Shown: positions 59,876 through 64,000 of the stretch, piece by piece
Layout: the number at the start of each line of letters is the position of its first letter
How positions within the stretch are numbered: the first letter of the stretch is position 1
IMG/VR virus record: IMGVR_UViG_3300031867_000012
Length of the DNA: 64,000 nucleotides
Strand: one strand, 5' to 3'
DNA from: an uncultured virus (IMG/VR IMGVR_UViG_3300031867_000012)
Taxonomy: Duplodnaviria; Heunggongvirae; Uroviricota; Caudoviricetes
Made by a program: the position numbers and the translations under genes
The notes under the pieces: generated by a model
Told to the model about the DNA's origin: nothing
What the model saw: only the letters and a program-made list of their open reading frames with translations
Databases searched by the model: none

Positions 59876-60210
59876 CAAAAGAAGAATATTTTTATCATCA
59901 CCCGGTAGATAAGACAAATCAGATATTAGATATTTTAATTCATTCTTATGGTCCTAATACTACATTACAAGAAGCGCAAGATTTTTATAACAAGAAAAAG
60001 AAATTAGGTTATACTTGTCCAAAGTGTAATGGTAAAGGTTATATAGTAACAGAATATAATAAATATCCTTCAGGTTTACCAGATAGTGGTTGGGTATATG
60101 AACCAGGATATGATTATAAAATGTGTGATTTGTGTAAAGGTGATGGCTATACATTAAAACAATATAAACCTAAAACTGAAACTAAAATTATAGGATATGA
60201 AGAAGTATAA
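59872..60210 (+). CDS. DnaJ-type zinc-finger protein
   Basis: CPKCNGKG and CDLCKGDG. Confidence 0.8.
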   Translation: MTKEEYFYHHPVDKTNQILDILIHSYGPNTTLQEAQDFYNKKKKLGYTCPKCNGKGYIVTEYNKYPSGLPDSGWVYEPGYDYKMCDLCKGDGYTLKQYKPKTETKIIGYEEV

Positions 60211-60907
60211 TCAATATTTTAATATATTTAAATCTACATTAAAAGACCCAGAAGAATTAATTACAACTATTAGGATAAGATATGAAACTAAAATTTGGAA
60301 TAAGATTTTAGAAACATATTTGAATACGTCAGAATATGCAAAATTATCTTATGATGATCCTTATGGTTCTATTTATCATTTGAATATTAAATTATATATT
60401 AAAGAATTATTTCCTGAAGTATATGATTTAATAAAGGGGTTAGTATTACATGATGATAAAATAAATATTAACCATAAAGATATTAGGATTTGCTTAGGTA
60501 CAACTGGTGATTATAGAAAAATTAATGAACAGTTTGATAATGAAATGACATTTCTTGAATATATGAATTCAGAAATTTCCGAAATGGATAAACATCGTAA
60601 TATTACAGATAATATTCTTAAGGCGGCTGGATTTGAATATTTAGAAAATGAATCTAATCTTGGAAAAGAAGCCAATAAATTAAATTCAGAAATAGGTTCT
60701 CCTAATTATAAAGTATTTCGGAAATGGACTAATGATAAACCTTTTTCTATTAAACTTGATATTGATAATGGTCTTAATAATAGAGGTACATCTTGGCATC
60801 TTCATATAGATAATTCTAATTGTGAGACTATTGGTTGTGCAGATATTAATACAGTTTGGGAATTTAATACATTAATGCAAGTATTTAAAAGTAAGTTTAG
60901 ATTATGA
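60197..60907 (+). CDS. hypothetical protein
   Basis: 236-aa ORF. Confidence 0.75.
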   Translation: MKKYNQYFNIFKSTLKDPEELITTIRIRYETKIWNKILETYLNTSEYAKLSYDDPYGSIYHLNIKLYIKELFPEVYDLIKGLVLHDDKININHKDIRICLGTTGDYRKINEQFDNEMTFLEYMNSEISEMDKHRNITDNILKAAGFEYLENESNLGKEANKLNSEIGSPNYKVFRKWTNDKPFSIKLDIDNGLNNRGTSWHLHIDNSNCETIGCADINTVWEFNTLMQVFKSKFRL

Positions 60908-61386
60908 GAAATTATAATTCAAATTTATATAATTTAGCATATGATTGGATAGTTCCATTTTCGTTTTTTGGATTTATTGGGATATTAGTTGCCACTGGAA
61001 TTACCCAAAATAAAAATATATTTCTTATAGGTAGCATAATTTTAATGATTGTAGAAATTTCGGTAATGTGTTATCTTTGGGTTGATATTGATGAAATCAA
61101 ATTTTGGTATAAGAAAAAACAAGGATATAAATTAGAATTTCATGAAAGACAATTATGGGATAATTTGATTTATAAAGCGAATAAAGGATATCGTGAATGG
61201 TGGCAACAAACAAAAGGAAATGATTTATGTGGTCCTTGGATATTAGATTATACATCTGAAGAAAATGATTTATTAGAGAAAATACATAGATATTTTTATG
61301 GGGATGATTGGTATATAGCAATACCAATAAGTGGTGCACAAGTAAATTATGTAATGTATGATGATGTTAAAGATAAAGTTAGATAA
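60904..61386 (+). CDS. hypothetical membrane protein
   Basis: Two N-terminal hydrophobic helices. Confidence 0.75.
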   Translation: MRNYNSNLYNLAYDWIVPFSFFGFIGILVATGITQNKNIFLIGSIILMIVEISVMCYLWVDIDEIKFWYKKKQGYKLEFHERQLWDNLIYKANKGYREWWQQTKGNDLCGPWILDYTSEENDLLEKIHRYFYGDDWYIAIPISGAQVNYVMYDDVKDKVR

Positions 61387-61888
61387 TGAAAATTCATTAG
61401 ATAAATATTGTTTAGAATTAAATAATTTATTAACAAAGATAGATATTGATAAAAATATTTTAATATCAATAATTTCTGAACATGTTGGTAAATTACAAGA
61501 TAGAGAATATATAAGATCTTGTATTGATGAAAAACTACTTAGTTTTCATAATGTATTTTTACACCAATGTTATCAGATGCTTGAAGATATATATAATTCA
61601 CATAATTTTGAAGTAGCTTCAGAACAAAATTTATTTAAAATTACTTTTGAAACTAAACAAAAATTATTTGAATTTTATATGATTTATCAATATCAATTAA
61701 ATTTAGATTATTTTGATAAAGTTATAAACTATATTTATAATGATGATAATTACAATTTTATAAAAACCAATAATAAATTTGATAATTATTTAGAATTAGA
61801 AGCAAATATAGGTCTTAAAGCAGATCATAAAATTATGATTAGTTATTTATATCAACTTATTAAGAATCATGGAAATATTGATATTTAA
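61358..61888 (+). CDS. hypothetical protein
   Basis: 176-aa ORF. Confidence 0.7.
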   Translation: MMMLKIKLDNENSLDKYCLELNNLLTKIDIDKNILISIISEHVGKLQDREYIRSCIDEKLLSFHNVFLHQCYQMLEDIYNSHNFEVASEQNLFKITFETKQKLFEFYMIYQYQLNLDYFDKVINYIYNDDNYNFIKTNNKFDNYLELEANIGLKADHKIMISYLYQLIKNHGNIDI

Positions 61889-62117
61889 AATAGTAGTTAT
61901 AATTCTATTAATTAGAGTTATTGCTTTAATTATTGAACATCTATTAATAGTATTTTATAATAAAGCAAATAAAATAGCGGTTAATCAAATATTAGAAGAC
62001 CCAGAAAAATATGTTCGTTATGAACATATGTGTAAGTTTATGAATGATATGATATGGGTAATGATATTCATTAATTTATTAGTAGTAGCATTTAAAGGAA
62101 ATTTAACAATTAATTAA
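61869..62117 (+). CDS. small two-TM membrane protein
   Basis: Two hydrophobic segments in 82 aa. Confidence 0.7.
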   Translation: MEILIFKIVVIILLIRVIALIIEHLLIVFYNKANKIAVNQILEDPEKYVRYEHMCKFMNDMIWVMIFINLLVVAFKGNLTIN

Positions 62118-62120
62118 TAT

Positions 62121-62549
62121 ATGTTTGTAGATTATACACAAATACCAGATGTAGATTATTCAAAGCTTTATAAGACTTTTAATGATTTGGAGACAAATGA
62201 TGAGATTTATGAGATTGATTTTATAGAATTGAAACTAATACCTATAAAAGTTGAGATAGTAGAGAAAAAGAGATCATCTTATAGAATTCATGATTTAAAT
62301 AGATATGAAGTCTTATTTAATATTATTGATGAGAAAAATAGTATAACAAGAGTTAATGATGGAAATCAATATTTAAGTATTGCCAATATTAATTATAAAG
62401 AAAGATTTTTTTGTACTGATAAAAGAATTGGAGAAGTTGTATTAGATATATTAAGACATAGAAATTCTTACCAATGGAGTTGTTTTTCTAATATATTTGG
62501 TAATCCACTTGCAGGTAAGTTTGAACCTGCTCATATAAAATTATGCTAA
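62121..62549 (+). CDS. hypothetical protein
   Basis: 142-aa ORF. Confidence 0.75.
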   Translation: MFVDYTQIPDVDYSKLYKTFNDLETNDEIYEIDFIELKLIPIKVEIVEKKRSSYRIHDLNRYEVLFNIIDEKNSITRVNDGNQYLSIANINYKERFFCTDKRIGEVVLDILRHRNSYQWSCFSNIFGNPLAGKFEPAHIKLC

Positions 62550-62555
62550 TAAAAT

Positions 62556-62810
62556 ATGAAGAAAATTTATTGTATTGAAAAATGGTGGTTAGAAGACCAG
62601 GATATTCATAATAAGTTTAATAATAATTGTGAATTTTGGAATTGTATCGAAGAACCTTGGAAAATAGGCTGTTGGGATTTTGTAGAAGAATATGATGATG
62701 AAGAAAGATTTAAAAATGATATTTTAAATACTATTAATAGAGGAGGAATTATTGGTAAAGTTTGGATTAAAGAAGAACCGGATAATTATAAAACATCAAT
62801 AAAATTATGA
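62556..62810 (+). CDS. hypothetical protein
   Basis: 84-aa Trp-rich ORF. Confidence 0.7.
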   Translation: MKKIYCIEKWWLEDQDIHNKFNNNCEFWNCIEEPWKIGCWDFVEEYDDEERFKNDILNTINRGGIIGKVWIKEEPDNYKTSIKL

Positions 62811-63577
62811 TAGAATCCGCACAAAAATATTATGATAGTTTAAATGGCAGTAAAGTTATTGCTGTTGATTTTGACAATACAGTATGTTTAGATGAATGGC
62901 CTGAAGTTGGACCATTATTTGAAGATGCAATTAAAGTGTTGAAAGAATTAGTAAAAAATGGACATAAATTAATTCTTTATACACAACGAGGTGAACGATA
63001 TCCAATATGTTGTCCAGAATTAAAACAATTTCTTAAAGATCACCCAGAAAGAGATCATGTAAATGATACAGGATTTGTATTAAAACATGAAGCAGATATA
63101 TTAACAGATGCGATTAATATATTTAAAGATAATGGTATAGAAGTTTTTGATATAAATAGAAATTTAAAATGGGAGCAAACAACAGGTGATGATTCTCGTA
63201 AATTATTTGCAGATTATTTTATAGATGATCATAATGTTGGTATGAAATATAAAGTAATTGTCAATAAGAATAATGAATATTGTAAAGTATGTGATTGGGA
63301 ATTTATTGATAATTGGTTTGTTGAAGAAGGTCTTTATAAAGAAAGAGTATTGCGTAAAGATAATCAGATTTGGGCTTTAGGAAAAATATATAATTGTGTT
63401 TGTATTAAAGATAATTTCATGATGGCAAATGTAAATGTTTATCATAAAGTTGGTGATCAAACACGATGTCAAGAAATATTAAATAAAAATAATGAAGTCA
63501 TAGGTTACTATATTAAATATGATATATTTAGATATAGGTGTTTTGACTTTAATGAATATTATAGAATTATAAATTAA
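62807..63577 (+). CDS. HAD-superfamily hydrolase (BT0820-like) with C-terminal extension
   Basis: IAVDFDNT, LILYTQR, RKLFADYFIDD. Confidence 0.85.
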   Translation: MIESAQKYYDSLNGSKVIAVDFDNTVCLDEWPEVGPLFEDAIKVLKELVKNGHKLILYTQRGERYPICCPELKQFLKDHPERDHVNDTGFVLKHEADILTDAINIFKDNGIEVFDINRNLKWEQTTGDDSRKLFADYFIDDHNVGMKYKVIVNKNNEYCKVCDWEFIDNWFVEEGLYKERVLRKDNQIWALGKIYNCVCIKDNFMMANVNVYHKVGDQTRCQEILNKNNEVIGYYIKYDIFRYRCFDFNEYYRIIN

Positions 63578-63579
63578 TT

Positions 63580-63966
63580 ATGGGTAATACAGCATCTATT
63601 GTTGCTAGTGCTGTTGGTGGAAGTATAAGTGCTAATTTGTGTGGTTATATGTTACATGAAGATGATCAACATTACCAATCTATTCCACAAACATGCTATA
63701 TTAAACATTTCCCTGATAGAATATTATTTGATTTATATTATTTAGATACCCATACTAAATTTTGTGTTGGTGAATATAATTATGGATATTATGGTAAACG
63801 ATTAGCATTATATATGTATATCAGAGAATCTAATCCATTTTCATTCTTTAGAAAATATAATAAACACCGGCATATTGAAAGAGAAATTGACCAAGAATAT
63901 TGTAAAGAATATCCTGAATTTATTATAAATGAAAATAAAAGATTAGAACAAGAGGAAAGAAATTAG
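63580..63966 (+). CDS. hypothetical protein
   Basis: 128-aa ORF ending at TAG; frame remains open to the window end. Confidence 0.7.
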   Translation: MGNTASIVASAVGGSISANLCGYMLHEDDQHYQSIPQTCYIKHFPDRILFDLYYLDTHTKFCVGEYNYGYYGKRLALYMYIRESNPFSFFRKYNKHRHIEREIDQEYCKEYPEFIINENKRLEQEERN

Positions 63967-64000
63967 AAGAACAAGGAAAAAATAGAGCAAATTTTTATGT

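Noticed and set aside
992..61339. Short antisense or nested ORFs in the track (e.g. 992..1216, 2933..3139, 8164..8397, 24192..24527, 32757..33209, 40053..40487, 46259..46543, 56708..56950, 61097..61339)
   Set aside because: They lie within longer, motif-bearing genes and look like shadow translations
1..64000. Genome-wide alternative genetic code (TAG=Gln) as in Lak megaphages
   Set aside because: Code 11 already gives near-complete coding density and intact multi-kb structural genes; only isolated TAG cases remain, kept as a low-score finding
1..64000. tRNA, rRNA or CRISPR array
   Set aside because: Intergenic gaps are short and AT-rich; no cloverleaf/T-loop signature or regularly spaced repeats were seen by eye (tRNAscan-SE would be decisive)

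Overview
Very AT-rich, gene-dense 64-kb segment that reads as part of a large (jumbo-type) tailed myophage with distant T4-like core genes. No rRNA, tRNA, CRISPR array, integrase or transposase was recognised. It encodes a gp46/gp47 (Rad50/Mre11-type) nuclease pair, both type II topoisomerase subunits, an RNase H/FEN-type 5'-3' exonuclease and a DnaQ-type exonuclease. Tail/baseplate genes (gp15-, gp26-, gp51-, gp53-like) and two blocks of long Asn/Ile/Tyr-rich paralogous putative virion proteins (about 6.5-23 kb and 41-56 kb) are present. Host-like auxiliary genes include ClpX, a CCA-adding enzyme, an acyl carrier protein, YqeY, a SprT protease, GNAT, a SAM methyltransferase, a HAD protein and a metallophosphoesterase. 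Bacteroidetes-style lipoproteins rich in D-S/T-x glycosylation sequons suggest a Bacteroidales host (inference). Standard code 11 gives intact long ORFs. The clearest unannotated DNA-level signal is a fixed-spacing promoter motif, TTGAAT-N15-CTATWTTW-N4-TGTAA (7 copies). In two copies the TTGAAT box sits in the loop of the upstream operon's terminator hairpin. All protein calls come from motif recognition by eye, not database searches.
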